Below, one piece after another: positions 53,006 to 63,113 of a DNA stretch of 64,000 nucleotides. Numbering within the stretch: the first letter of the stretch is position 1; the number at the start of each line of letters is the position of its first letter. The position numbers were made by a program, and so were the translations under genes. The stretch is from Lachnospiraceae bacterium (GTDB lineage: Bacteria; Bacillota; Clostridia; Lachnospirales; Lachnospiraceae): assembly GCA_045600025.1 (NCBI GenBank), contig JAZRXC010000037.1, forward strand, positions 2,035-66,034, read 5' to 3'. Under the pieces are notes generated by a model. That model had not been told where the DNA came from. It did not search any database and saw only the letters and a list, made by a program, of their open reading frames with translations.

Positions 53006-54757
53006 TTATTTGTAATCGTAATTTTCGTATTCTGCTTCAAGCGCCTTGTAATCATTTTTCATAAGACCGGTCAGAGGTATCTTATCAACAAATACCACAC
53101 CTACCGGAAGAGAACGCTTTTCAATACTGTCCTTACATAACTGCATCAGTTCGCCGGCGATGGTGCCTTTATCGGCACTCGGATTATTAAGCTCTGCGCA
53201 TATAAGAGGCAAATGGCATGCAGAAGAATAATCTTTGTCACGCACTCCTATTACCGCGCAGTTTTCAATAGCAGGATGCTGCAAAACAATTTTTTCAAGT
53301 TGCAAAGGAAATACCTTATGACCGTCCATGCGAATGATAGAGCGCTTGATACGTCCTACGATGAATAGGAAGCCATCTTCATCAATGTATCCAAGGTCAC
53401 CGCTGTGAATCCATTTGCGCCCATCACTGTGAGCCCACATAACATCAGCGGTTTCTACCGGCTCATCAAGATATTCTTTCATAAGAGTCGGACCGGATAT
53501 GCAGATCTCACCGACTTCCCCTATCGGAAGTTCATTTTTCGTACCGGGTTCAAATGCTGCAATTGTATTAAAGTAGCAGGGAATTCCTACGCTCCCTTTT
53601 TTGTGAACACTATGAAAGCCAAAAGAACATGCTGATGATACTTCACTGAGTCCGTAACCTTGGGCAATAGGGTATTTTATATTATGCTTTATTCTGAACT
53701 CATCAAGTTTATCTTCAAGTGATTCGCTTGCGGAATCACCGCCGGCAGCCATAGTTTCAATAAAAGAAAGATCTTTACCTTTTATTTTCGGAGAGTATAT
53801 AAGCTTTTCATATACTACAGGAACGCCGATGATGTGACGAGGCTTAAAACAAAGTACTAATTTATCAAACCTATCCGGATTAAATTTCGGAATCATAATA
53901 TTTTTAAATCCCATAGTCATGGACATATGGGTAGATACTACTATTCCGTATGAAGCGGCAAGAGGTACGAAATTAAGAAAAGATTCTGAAGAGTCTGCCC
54001 CATAAGTTCGTTCCGGAATAGTAAGATAAAAATTGGCTGCGACAGCATTCATACTGTCATTTGTGAGAACAACACCCTTTGATATACCGGTGGTTCCGCC
54101 GGTGCGTGTGATTACGGCGGGCATATCGGGTTCATATTTAACCCTTTCAACGGACTTGCCTTCTGCAAATTTAAAGAAGTCCGCATTCCGTATTACGCGC
54201 TTACCATCATACGGAATATCGCATTTTTTACTTTTCAGGTTATAAGCGAAACGCTTGAGAGGCGGAAGCGAGGCGGAAGGATCTTCGCAGATCACATAAT
54301 CGAGACCAAGCTCGTCAAGATGCTTTTCTACATGCAAAAAACACATTTCAAGCGTTACAAGAACCCTCGAACCTGCTTTCTTGATAAATTCTCTTGTGTG
54401 CGGTCCGTCAGTACGCGGGTCGATAATATTTGCGACTGCGCCTATTCTATTAAGCGCATAAATAGTGCAGATGCTCTCAGGCATGGGAGGTGCGATAAGA
54501 GATACGATTTCACCCTTTTTTACTCCGATGAGGGCAAAAGCGGCAGAATACTGTTCGATGATTTCGAACATTTTCTTAAAGGATATTTCAGTTCCGTAAT
54601 AAAACAAAGCTGTTTTATTTTCAAAATGCAGCTTTTTGCATCTTTCTTTTACAAGTTCGTATAGGGTGCATTTAGGAGGATTGTCATTATCGGAAACCAT
54701 GTCATAGTATTTCATCCATGGTTTATCAATAGTTGCATAATGCTTTTGAGTGTCCAT
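53006..54757 (-). CDS. AMP-dependent synthetase/ligase (acyl-CoA ligase-like)
   Basis: AMP-binding motif TGGTTGISKGV, GYGLSE and GDLGYIDEDGFLFIVGRIK blocks. ATG at 54757 (MDTQKHYATIDKPWMKYY) is preferred over the track GTG at 54823, which lacks an RBS. Confidence 0.7.
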   Translation of the reverse strand: MDTQKHYATIDKPWMKYYDMVSDNDNPPKCTLYELVKERCKKLHFENKTALFYYGTEISFKKMFEIIEQYSAAFALIGVKKGEIVSLIAPPMPESICTIYALNRIGAVANIIDPRTDGPHTREFIKKAGSRVLVTLEMCFLHVEKHLDELGLDYVICEDPSASLPPLKRFAYNLKSKKCDIPYDGKRVIRNADFFKFAEGKSVERVKYEPDMPAVITRTGGTTGISKGVVLTNDSMNAVAANFYLTIPERTYGADSSESFLNFVPLAASYGIVVSTHMSMTMGFKNIMIPKFNPDRFDKLVLCFKPRHIIGVPVVYEKLIYSPKIKGKDLSFIETMAAGGDSASESLEDKLDEFRIKHNIKYPIAQGYGLSEVSSACSFGFHSVHKKGSVGIPCYFNTIAAFEPGTKNELPIGEVGEICISGPTLMKEYLDEPVETADVMWAHSDGRKWIHSGDLGYIDEDGFLFIVGRIKRSIIRMDGHKVFPLQLEKIVLQHPAIENCAVIGVRDKDYSSACHLPLICAELNNPSADKGTIAGELMQLCKDSIEKRSLPVGVVFVDKIPLTGLMKNDYKALEAEYENYDYK

Positions 54758-54849
54758 AAAAATCCATTTATACAGCAAATAACTTATTGGCAATTTGTTA
54801 ATACGCCGTACAAATATTAACACTATTACGCAATAAAGGCAAGATGTTA

Positions 54850-55410
54850 TTATTTCTTCTTCACCGAGAATCCGAAGCCACCGAGCTTTTCGCCTAATTT
54901 GAAATAAGTTCCGTGAGAATATGCCAGAAGATCACAGGCATCAAGATCGAATTTATCATTTGCATCGAAATATTTTTCATCTACATCAACAGCAACTACT
55001 TCAGCGATGAACATATCGTGAGAGCCGAGCTCCAGCACCTGCTTTACTTTACACTCGAGGCAGACGGGACTTTCGGCTACGAGCGGTGCGGACACTACAC
55101 TGGCTTTCTCGCGCGAAAGGCCTGAAAGCTTCCACTTGTCATCCTTTGCACCGGTCTTTACGCCGCACATATCTACAGCCGCCGCCATTGCCACGGTAGT
55201 AAGGTTGACTACGAATTCGCCGGACTCTTTTATCAAATGATGCGAGAAGCGTTCCTTTCTGACACTGATTGAAAGCATGGGCGGATCAGAATTGATGGTG
55301 CCTGTCCAGGCGATAGTGATGAGATTATCATGACCGTCATTTCCGCGGCAGCTGATGAGAGCTGCGGGGACGGGATAGAGCATATTTCCGGGTTTGAAAT
55401 TTCTGCGCAT
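54850..55410 (-). CDS. flavin reductase-like (flavoredoxin) family protein
   Basis: 186 aa. YPVPAALISC...NLITIAWTG...PPMLSISV is typical of the flavin reductase-like FMN-binding split barrel. Confidence 0.7.
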   Translation of the reverse strand: MRRNFKPGNMLYPVPAALISCRGNDGHDNLITIAWTGTINSDPPMLSISVRKERFSHHLIKESGEFVVNLTTVAMAAAVDMCGVKTGAKDDKWKLSGLSREKASVVSAPLVAESPVCLECKVKQVLELGSHDMFIAEVVAVDVDEKYFDANDKFDLDACDLLAYSHGTYFKLGEKLGGFGFSVKKK

Positions 55411-55502
55411 TTTGTCACCTCTTATGTATTTTTATTGGTTGCATCTTATATGATATAGGTATATTATTGAACCTATAAACATATTATATCGGCGAGGGTA
55501 TT

Positions 55503-56402
55503 ATGGCAAGTAATAATAAAAATTCAATCGGATATCTCTATTCGTTTATAGCTTGCGTTTTATTCGGCAGCATTTATATCGGATCAAATATTGCCTTAAG
55601 AGATTTTTCTCCCGTACAGGTGTGCTGCCTTCGTTTCCTGTTCGGGTCCGCCGGCCTCCTTGTACTGAATCTCATTGCAAAAAGATCCTTAAAGATTGAA
55701 AAATCAGATTTTAAATACTTTATTATGGTGGCTTTCATAGGCTACTTTCTTTCCTATATCTTCGCTATGTATTCAAATTCTTTTGCAGGTCCTGTACTTG
55801 CTTCTCTTTTGAATTCACTCAACCCTGTATTCATTGCGATCTTCGGCGTAATAATGCTGCGCGAGAAGATTACCATTAAACACTGGATTCTTCTCGGTGT
55901 TGCGCTCGTCGGAGTATATATCATCTGCTCGGGCAATGTTGAAGGCGAAATAATCGGTGTAATTTGTGCGACATTGTCAATGCTGGCATGGGGATTTTCT
56001 TCTTCTCATAACAAGAGGCTCTGCGCAAAGTATGACCCCCTTGTAGTTGCTTTCTGGGCAATAGTGCTGAGCCTGATTTTCTATATTCCTACAATTACTG
56101 TAGATTTTGCGATTAATGGCATTCCGGAGGCTTCCCTGGAGGCTTGGCTTGCCGTTGCTTACGTTGGTATATTCGGAATAACTGCAGCTCAGTCAGTTTG
56201 GCTTCTGGCGATGTCCAAGCTGCCCATATCAACATGCTCAATGTTTTACCCAATTCAGCCACTTACGAGTGCAATAATCGGCGTGCTGTTTTTGGATTCT
56301 GAGCTTACGGCAAGACTACTTATCGGCGGTGTTCTCATCTGTGCGGCAATCATGTTTAACTTCATAGATTTTAGCAAGATGAAAGAACGACTAAAGTCAT
56401 AA
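55503..56402 (+). CDS. DMT/EamA-family transporter
   Basis: 299 aa with about 10 TM helices in two EamA halves. Confidence 0.6.
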   Translation: MASNNKNSIGYLYSFIACVLFGSIYIGSNIALRDFSPVQVCCLRFLFGSAGLLVLNLIAKRSLKIEKSDFKYFIMVAFIGYFLSYIFAMYSNSFAGPVLASLLNSLNPVFIAIFGVIMLREKITIKHWILLGVALVGVYIICSGNVEGEIIGVICATLSMLAWGFSSSHNKRLCAKYDPLVVAFWAIVLSLIFYIPTITVDFAINGIPEASLEAWLAVAYVGIFGITAAQSVWLLAMSKLPISTCSMFYPIQPLTSAIIGVLFLDSELTARLLIGGVLICAAIMFNFIDFSKMKERLKS

Positions 56403-56426
56403 ATAACTGATTATTTATATATGATT

Positions 56427-56457
56427 TCCGCCGGTGATGCGAAACCGGCGGATTTTT
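56427..56457 (+). terminator. rho-independent terminator after the DMT transporter gene
   Basis: TCCGCCGGT-GATGCGAA-ACCGGCGGA followed by TTTTT. Confidence 0.75.
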
Positions 56458-56547
56458 ATTTTTCTGCATTTCTTTTCAAATATAATGCAATTTGCGTAAA
56501 AACGTGGTAAAATATAACTACTTATGTGAAGAGATAAGGAGAGACAA

Positions 56548-57768
56548 ATGAAAAAAACAATACTTAAAAAATATGCAAACCTGATTGCAGTAAAAGGTGT
56601 TAATGTACAGAAGGGCCAGGAAGTAATAATCCAGTGTGATCTTGACCAGCCTGAATTTGTCAAGATGGTTGTAGAAGAGTGCTACAAACTCGGCGCAAAG
56701 AAGGTAACCGTAGAGTGGAATTACCAGCCTATGGACAAGCTGCATTACAAATACAGATCTTTAAAAACTCTGTCCACCATTGAGAAATGGGAAGAAGAAA
56801 AATTGAAGCACAGAGCAACGGTTCTTCCCTGCATGATTTACATCTTAAGCGAAGATCCCGACGGACTTAAGGGCATCAATCAGCGCAAGATGGCTCTCTC
56901 GCGTCAGCGCAGATTCCCCATCATCAAACCGTACAGAGACAGCATGGAAAACAAATATCAGTGGTGCATAGCTGCGGTACCCGGACTTGCATGGGCTAAA
57001 AAGCTCTTCCCCGACTGCACAAAGCGCCAGGCTATAGAGAAACTCTGGGAGGCAATACTTTACACAAGCCGTGCGGACGAAGATCCGATAGCCGCTTGGG
57101 ATGCACACAACAAAGAAATTCATGAGCGCTGCGCTTATCTGGATAAACTGCAGATCCGCAGTCTGCACTACACATCAAAGAACGGAACAGACTTTACCGT
57201 AGGCTTGATACCTGAAGGAAAGTTTGCAGGCGCACAGGAGACCTCACTGCTCGGATACACATTTAACCCGAATATCCCGAGTGAAGAGTGTTTCATCTCA
57301 CCCAAGCGTGGCGAGGCAGAAGGCATCGTATATGCGACCAAGCCACTCTCATATGACGGTCAGCTGATTGAGAATTTCTGGATTCGTTTCCATGAAGGAA
57401 AGGCAGTTGAATGGAATGCAGAGAAGAACAACGAACTGCTGACCAAGATTATCCAGATGGATGAAGGCAGCGCTTATCTCGGAGAGTGTGCGCTCGTGCC
57501 TTATGATTCACCAATCAGCAATAGCGGAATTCTGTTCTATAACACGCTCTTCGATGAGAACGCAGCCTGCCACCTTGCACTTGGCGTAGGCTTCCCCGAT
57601 ACCATCAAGGATTTTGAAAAGTACACTCTTGAGCAGATTCATGAACTCGGGGTAAATGATTCAATGATCCATGAAGATTTTATGATCGGCAGCAGCGACA
57701 TGGATATAGTCGCAACAACGGCTGACGGCAGGCAGGTACAGATATTCAAGAACGGAAATTGGGCATAA
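56548..57768 (+). CDS. M29-family aminopeptidase (AmpS/PepS-like)
   Basis: 406 aa. N-terminal LKKYANLIAVKGVNVQKGQEV. The distal NAACHLALG and HEDFMIGS blocks are typical of the thermophilic metalloprotease M29 family. Confidence 0.75.
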   Translation: MKKTILKKYANLIAVKGVNVQKGQEVIIQCDLDQPEFVKMVVEECYKLGAKKVTVEWNYQPMDKLHYKYRSLKTLSTIEKWEEEKLKHRATVLPCMIYILSEDPDGLKGINQRKMALSRQRRFPIIKPYRDSMENKYQWCIAAVPGLAWAKKLFPDCTKRQAIEKLWEAILYTSRADEDPIAAWDAHNKEIHERCAYLDKLQIRSLHYTSKNGTDFTVGLIPEGKFAGAQETSLLGYTFNPNIPSEECFISPKRGEAEGIVYATKPLSYDGQLIENFWIRFHEGKAVEWNAEKNNELLTKIIQMDEGSAYLGECALVPYDSPISNSGILFYNTLFDENAACHLALGVGFPDTIKDFEKYTLEQIHELGVNDSMIHEDFMIGSSDMDIVATTADGRQVQIFKNGNWA

Positions 57769-57782
57769 TAAGAAGGAAAGAT

Positions 57783-59153
57783 ATGAAATACGACGTAATA
57801 ATAATAGGAGCGGGACCCGGCGGAATATTTTCCGCGTATGAATTCGCTCACAAATCAAATAAAAAAGTAGCGGTATTTGAAGCCGGCACAAGACTTGAAG
57901 ACAGACACTGTCCGATAGACGGAGATAAGGTGAAGAGCTGCATAAACTGCAAGACCTGTTCAATTATGAACGGCTTCGGCGGAGCAGGCGCATTCTCCGA
58001 CGGCAAATACAACATCACCAATGACTTCGGCGGCAATCTGTATGAGTACATCGGAAAAGAAAAAGCTCTTGAGCTCATGCACTATGTCGATGAAATCAAC
58101 ATGACTCATGGCGGGTGGGGCACGACTATGTATTCGACCGCCGGAAGCAGCCTGAAAAAAGTCTGCATGCAGAACAAGCTCACCCTGCTTGAAGCATCCG
58201 TAAGACATCTCGGCACAGATAAGAATTACATCGTACTCGGCAACTTGTACAATGAACTTAAAGACAAAGTTGATTTCTATTTCAACACACCGGTAGAGGA
58301 TGTGCACAAGACGGAAAGCGGATATGAAATCTGCTGCGCGGATGCAACTTATGAATGTGACAAATGTATCATATCCGTAGGACGCAGCGGCAGCAAATGG
58401 CTTGAAGCCCTCTGCGAAAAGCTTGACATAGAAAAGCGCTCCAACAGAGTAGATATCGGTGTCCGCGTAGAGCTTCCGGCTGAGATATTCTCATCCATTA
58501 CAGATGAACTCTATGAGAGCAAGATTGTATATCGCACCGAAAAATTCGAAGACAATGTCCGCACATTCTGTATGAATCCGTACGGAATAGTCGTAAATGA
58601 AAACACAAACGGAATCATTACGGTAAACGGCCACAGCTTCGAAGACCCGGCAAGGCGCACCGGTAATACCAACTTCGCGCTGCTGGTATCAAAGCATTTC
58701 TCACTGCCTTTTAAAGAAAGCAACGCTTACGGCGAAAGCATTGCAAGGCTTTCCAACATGCTGGGCGGCGGAGTTATCGTACAGCGTTTCGGTGACCTTG
58801 AGCGCGGACGCAGAAGTACCGAGAAGCGTATTGAAGAAGGCATTGTACGTCCTACGCTGAAAGCAACAGCCGGCGACCTTTCACTGGTACTGCCTAAGCG
58901 CATTCTGGACGGAATCATAGAAATGATTCACGCGCTCGACAAGATTGCGCCCGGCACTGCAAATGATGACACGCTTCTGTACGGTGTGGAAGTCAAGTTC
59001 TACAACATGGAGGTTGAGCTTGATAATAATCTCGAAACCAAGTATCCCGGACTGTTCATGGTAGGAGACGGATGCGGAGTAACACATTCGCTCTCACATG
59101 CCTCGGCAGCGGGTGTATATGTAGCGGATTACATAATAGATAATTGCAACTAA
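57783..59153 (+). CDS. FAD-dependent protein (COG2509-like uncharacterised dehydrogenase)
   Basis: ATG at 57783 (MKYDVIIIGAGPGGIF). The CINCKTCSIMNGFGGAGAFSDGK block is typical of this clostridial family. The track start at 57759 overlaps the upstream gene. Confidence 0.65.
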   Translation: MKYDVIIIGAGPGGIFSAYEFAHKSNKKVAVFEAGTRLEDRHCPIDGDKVKSCINCKTCSIMNGFGGAGAFSDGKYNITNDFGGNLYEYIGKEKALELMHYVDEINMTHGGWGTTMYSTAGSSLKKVCMQNKLTLLEASVRHLGTDKNYIVLGNLYNELKDKVDFYFNTPVEDVHKTESGYEICCADATYECDKCIISVGRSGSKWLEALCEKLDIEKRSNRVDIGVRVELPAEIFSSITDELYESKIVYRTEKFEDNVRTFCMNPYGIVVNENTNGIITVNGHSFEDPARRTGNTNFALLVSKHFSLPFKESNAYGESIARLSNMLGGGVIVQRFGDLERGRRSTEKRIEEGIVRPTLKATAGDLSLVLPKRILDGIIEMIHALDKIAPGTANDDTLLYGVEVKFYNMEVELDNNLETKYPGLFMVGDGCGVTHSLSHASAAGVYVADYIIDNCN

Positions 59154-59163
59154 GGAGATAGAT

Positions 59164-60738
59164 ATGAACAAGTATTACATTACAACAGCAATTACATACA
59201 CATCAGGAAAGCCCCATATCGGCAACTGCTATGAGATAGTACTTGCCGATGCAATCGCCCGTTTTCACAGGGGACTTGGCGAGGATGTATTCTTTCAGAC
59301 CGGAACCGATGAGCATGGCCAGAAGATAGAACTTAAGGCAAATGCCGCCGGCAAGACTCCGAAGGATTATGTAGACGAAGTATCTGCAATCGTACGCGAG
59401 CAGTTTGATTTGCTCGGAGTAAAATATGACAAATTCATCAGAACAACGGATGACGATCACGTAAAGCAAGTTCAGAAGATGTTCAAAAAATTCTATGATC
59501 AGGGAGATATCTACAAGGGATATTACGAAGGTCTCTACTGTACGGAGTGCGAAGCCTTCTTTACAGAATCACAGCTTGTTGACGGCAAATGCCCTGACTG
59601 CGGACGAGAGGTACATCCCGCCCGCGAGGAAGCATATTTCTTCAAGATGAGCAAATATGCCGACAAGCTTATTGAGCACATTGAGAATCATCCTGAATTC
59701 ATCCAGCCGGTATCACGTAAGAACGAGATGATGAACAACTTCTTAAAGCCCGGTCTTCAGGATCTGTGCGTATCAAGAACAACATTTACCTGGGGTATCC
59801 CGGTTGCATTTGATGAGAAGCATGTAACTTACGTATGGCTTGACGCACTGTCAAACTATATAACCGGAATCGGTTACGATGTAGACGGCAACAGCACAGA
59901 GCAGTACAAGAAGCTCTGGCCGGCAGACCTTCATCTTATCGGAAAAGACATCATTCGCTTCCATACGATTTACTGGCCGATATTCCTGATGGCACTCGGC
60001 GAGCCGCTTCCCAAGCAGGTATTCGGACACCCGTGGCTCCTTCAGGACGGCAACAAGATGAGTAAATCAAGAGGTAACGTAATCTATGCGGATGAGCTTG
60101 TAAAAATCTTCGGTGTTGATGCTGTGCGTTACTTCGTAATGCATGAGATGCCATATGACAATGACGGAATCATCACCTGGGAGCTCGTAGTAGAGCGTCT
60201 CAACTCCGATCTTGCAAATACTCTCGGTAATCTTGTAAATCGTACAATTGCTATGACCAACAAATACTTCGGCGGAATCGTAAAGCGCACCGGAGAACAT
60301 GATGGTCAGGAAGCTATAGATTCAGAACTTGCAGCAACTTGTGCAGAATCCGTAGCGGCAGTTAAGAAAGATATGGAAGAGCTCCGTGTGGCAGACGCAC
60401 TTACCGATATATTTGCAATATTCAAGCGCGCAAATAAATACATCGACGAGACTATGCCCTGGGCACTTGCCAAAGATGAAGCAAAAGCAGCGCGCCTTCA
60501 GGAGGTTCTCTGCAATCTTATTGACAGCATAATGGCAGGCGCAAGCTTACTTGCTCCGTTCCTCCCCGAGACTGCAGAAAAGATTGCAAAGCAGCTTTCC
60601 TGCGAACTCGTGCCTATTAAGGACCTTACAGGAAGCATTGGATACCAAGGCGGCGTAGCCGTAACGGATGCTCCCGAAATTCTCTTTGCAAGACTTAAAG
60701 AGGAGGACGTGCTTAAGGCTGTAGAAGAGCTGCACTAA
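59164..60738 (+). CDS. metG: methionine--tRNA ligase (short form without C-terminal tRNA-binding appendage)
   Basis: 524 aa. HIGH-type motif GKPHIGNCYE, zinc knuckles CTECEAF / CPDCG, KMSKS motif GNKMSKSRGN. Confidence 0.9.
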   Translation: MNKYYITTAITYTSGKPHIGNCYEIVLADAIARFHRGLGEDVFFQTGTDEHGQKIELKANAAGKTPKDYVDEVSAIVREQFDLLGVKYDKFIRTTDDDHVKQVQKMFKKFYDQGDIYKGYYEGLYCTECEAFFTESQLVDGKCPDCGREVHPAREEAYFFKMSKYADKLIEHIENHPEFIQPVSRKNEMMNNFLKPGLQDLCVSRTTFTWGIPVAFDEKHVTYVWLDALSNYITGIGYDVDGNSTEQYKKLWPADLHLIGKDIIRFHTIYWPIFLMALGEPLPKQVFGHPWLLQDGNKMSKSRGNVIYADELVKIFGVDAVRYFVMHEMPYDNDGIITWELVVERLNSDLANTLGNLVNRTIAMTNKYFGGIVKRTGEHDGQEAIDSELAATCAESVAAVKKDMEELRVADALTDIFAIFKRANKYIDETMPWALAKDEAKAARLQEVLCNLIDSIMAGASLLAPFLPETAEKIAKQLSCELVPIKDLTGSIGYQGGVAVTDAPEILFARLKEEDVLKAVEELH

Positions 60739-60742
60739 ACTT

Positions 60743-61510
60743 ATGATATTTGATTCGCATGCACATTATGATGATCCGGCATATGATGAAGACCGAGAAG
60801 AGCTTCTTGCAAGCTTTGAGAGTCTTGAAATAGGGCACCTTATCAATGTGGGCGCCAGCCGCGACACCACTGAGATGAGCATAGCGATAGCTGAAAAATA
60901 TCCTTTCATTCATGCGTCGGTCGGAATACATCCGAGCGAAGTCATGGAATACGAAAACGGCTATGCGGATATGGACTGGCTTCGCCAAAAAGCCTCAAAT
61001 CCGCAGGTACGTGCAATAGGCGAGATTGGCCTTGACTATCACACAGACGATGTACCTCGCGAGATTCAGCAGAAATGGTTCCGCGCTCAGCTTGATATAG
61101 CGAAGGAGATGCATTTGCCCGTAATCGTTCACTCCCGCGATGCAGCGGAGGACACATATGAGATACTGAGTGAATATGGTGATTCAATAACAGCTGTAGT
61201 TCACTGCTTCTCATATGGCCCTGAGATGGCAGAGCGGTTTTTAAAATTCGGATACTACATCGGACTTGGCGGCGTGCTTACTTATAAGAACGGACGCAAG
61301 CAAAAAGAAGTGATGGCAATGCTCCCGTTGGATAAGCTGCTGCTTGAAACCGATTGTCCGTACCTTTCTCCGGAAGGGCATAGAGGCGAGAGAAATTCAT
61401 CTCTCAATCTGCCGATAGTTGTAGCCGAGATGGCACGTATCACGGGACTTACCTGTGAAGAAATAGAAGATATTACTTATAAAAACGCCGAAAGATTTTA
61501 CTGCATATGA
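60743..61510 (+). CDS. tatD: TatD-family metal-dependent hydrolase (YabD-like)
   Basis: 255 aa. N-terminal FDSHAHY, GEIGLDYH, VIVHSRDA, VVHCFSY and ETDCPYL blocks. Conserved position after metG. Confidence 0.85.
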   Translation: MIFDSHAHYDDPAYDEDREELLASFESLEIGHLINVGASRDTTEMSIAIAEKYPFIHASVGIHPSEVMEYENGYADMDWLRQKASNPQVRAIGEIGLDYHTDDVPREIQQKWFRAQLDIAKEMHLPVIVHSRDAAEDTYEILSEYGDSITAVVHCFSYGPEMAERFLKFGYYIGLGGVLTYKNGRKQKEVMAMLPLDKLLLETDCPYLSPEGHRGERNSSLNLPIVVAEMARITGLTCEEIEDITYKNAERFYCI

Positions 61511-62364
61511 AGCTGATTGATCCCAAAAAGACAATTGAAGTAATACAAAAAAATGATTTTTCATTTAAGAAAAGCTTCGGTCAGAACTTTCTGGTTGACA
61601 GTCACGTGCTTGATAAAATCATTGACGCGGCGGATATAACAGGTGAAGACTTTGTACTTGAAGTCGGCCCCGGAATCGGAACACTTACGGAGGCGCTGGC
61701 GGAAAAAGCGTGGAGAGTAGTTGCGGTCGAGATAGATCAAAGACTCATTCCGATACTTACCGAAAATTTATCCGAGTACAAAAATGTCGAGATAGTTAAT
61801 GGTGATATATTAAAGGTAGATATCAAAGAGATACTCAGGGAAAAGGCTGAAGGACATCCTGTAAAAGTGGTAGCCAACCTGCCGTACTATATCACCACTC
61901 CGATTATTATGGAGCTTCTGGAGCAGCATCTTGCTGTAAGCAGTATTACGGTTATGATCCAAAAGGAAGTAGCCGAGCGCATGCAGGCCGGACCCGGCAC
62001 CAAAGATTACGGAGCATTATCGCTTGCGGTTCAGTATTATTCAAAACCATATTATGCGGCAAATGTTCCGCCCAATTCATTTATTCCGCGTCCGAAAGTA
62101 GGCTCCGCAGTTATCAGACTGGATGTTTATGAAAGCAGTCCGGTTTCGGTAAAAGATGAAAAGCTGCTGTTCAGAGTAATAAAAGCGGCATTCGGACAGC
62201 GCCGCAAGATGCTTGCCAACGCCCTTTCCTCTGATGCCGGAATAACAAAGGAGCAGGCAGCCGCGGCTATAGAAAAAGCCGGATTTGCCCTGACGGTAAG
62301 AGGAGAAGAATTATCACTCTCGGAATTTGCCCATCTTTCAGATGAGTTAAAGGAGATTATATGA
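61507..62364 (+). CDS. rsmA: 16S rRNA (adenine1518/1519-N6)-dimethyltransferase
   Basis: 285 aa. KSFGQNFL, EVGPGIGTLT and NLPYYITTPI blocks of KsgA/RsmA. ATGA overlap with tatD. Confidence 0.9.
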   Translation: MKLIDPKKTIEVIQKNDFSFKKSFGQNFLVDSHVLDKIIDAADITGEDFVLEVGPGIGTLTEALAEKAWRVVAVEIDQRLIPILTENLSEYKNVEIVNGDILKVDIKEILREKAEGHPVKVVANLPYYITTPIIMELLEQHLAVSSITVMIQKEVAERMQAGPGTKDYGALSLAVQYYSKPYYAANVPPNSFIPRPKVGSAVIRLDVYESSPVSVKDEKLLFRVIKAAFGQRRKMLANALSSDAGITKEQAAAAIEKAGFALTVRGEELSLSEFAHLSDELKEII

Positions 62365-63113
62365 AAAAGAAATTATCGGTAATTATAATCGCATCAATTG
62401 TGCTTACAAGCTGTGGGTTTTCGCATGAACCGATAGATTATTATTATGACGCGGTAACTGCTTTTTATGCCGCGGCCGGGACCGTATCAGAATTCACCAG
62501 TGAGTTCACTGTTACATCCGGAGATAACACTATCACGACCACATATAAAGGGCGCGAGATAGAACAACACACTGAGGGCGAGACCACCGGCGCATATATA
62601 GAAGGCACCGCCAATATGAATATGGCGGGATATTCAATTGATTTTCCCGAGAAAGCATATTACTACTCAGGCAACTATTACACAGACATCAATGAGTCTA
62701 AGAATTATGTAAATATGACATGGGAAGAAGCTCGCAGACAGTGCGGAATTTTCTGCGGGATGATTAAGTTTGCCGCTTCTGATTTTTCTGCCATAGCTGA
62801 GGAGAATCAGGAAGAAGGTCGTAGCATTAATTTCGTAATCGCGCCTGAAAATTATGAAGTATTTCCGGGTCTTTCCGAGCAGTGGGGACGTTTAACGGAA
62901 GGCGGACAGCTTTCATTTACGGAAATCCGCGGAACAGTTTGGATGGATAAGAAGAACAATCCCATTAGTGCGTCATATTCGATCGGTGGCGACGTGGTAA
63001 ACGGAGAGAATGATATACATTTGCGCCAGAGCGTGAGTATCATATATACATTAAGTGAAGGCGAAGATATACCGATGCCTAATATTTCCGAATATACAAA
63101 AATCAGCAGGTGA
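62361..63113 (+). CDS. hypothetical lipoprotein
   Basis: 250 aa. Signal peptide with lipobox LTSC. No recognisable family. ATGA overlap with rsmA. Confidence 0.5.
   Translation: MKKKLSVIIIASIVLTSCGFSHEPIDYYYDAVTAFYAAAGTVSEFTSEFTVTSGDNTITTTYKGREIEQHTEGETTGAYIEGTANMNMAGYSIDFPEKAYYYSGNYYTDINESKNYVNMTWEEARRQCGIFCGMIKFAASDFSAIAEENQEEGRSINFVIAPENYEVFPGLSEQWGRLTEGGQLSFTEIRGTVWMDKKNNPISASYSIGGDVVNGENDIHLRQSVSIIYTLSEGEDIPMPNISEYTKISR

Noticed and set aside
54758-54823. N-terminal 22-residue extension of the AMP-ligase ORF (GTG start at 54823)
   Set aside because: No RBS, and the hydrophobic or odd sequence (LIFVRRINKLPISYLLYKWIF) does not fit. Homolog-like sequence begins at MDTQKHYATIDKPWMKYY.
59154-59163. 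T-box leader expected upstream of metG
   Set aside because: Only 10 nt separate metG from the upstream FAD-protein gene, so there is no room for a T-box. metG appears to be co-transcribed.
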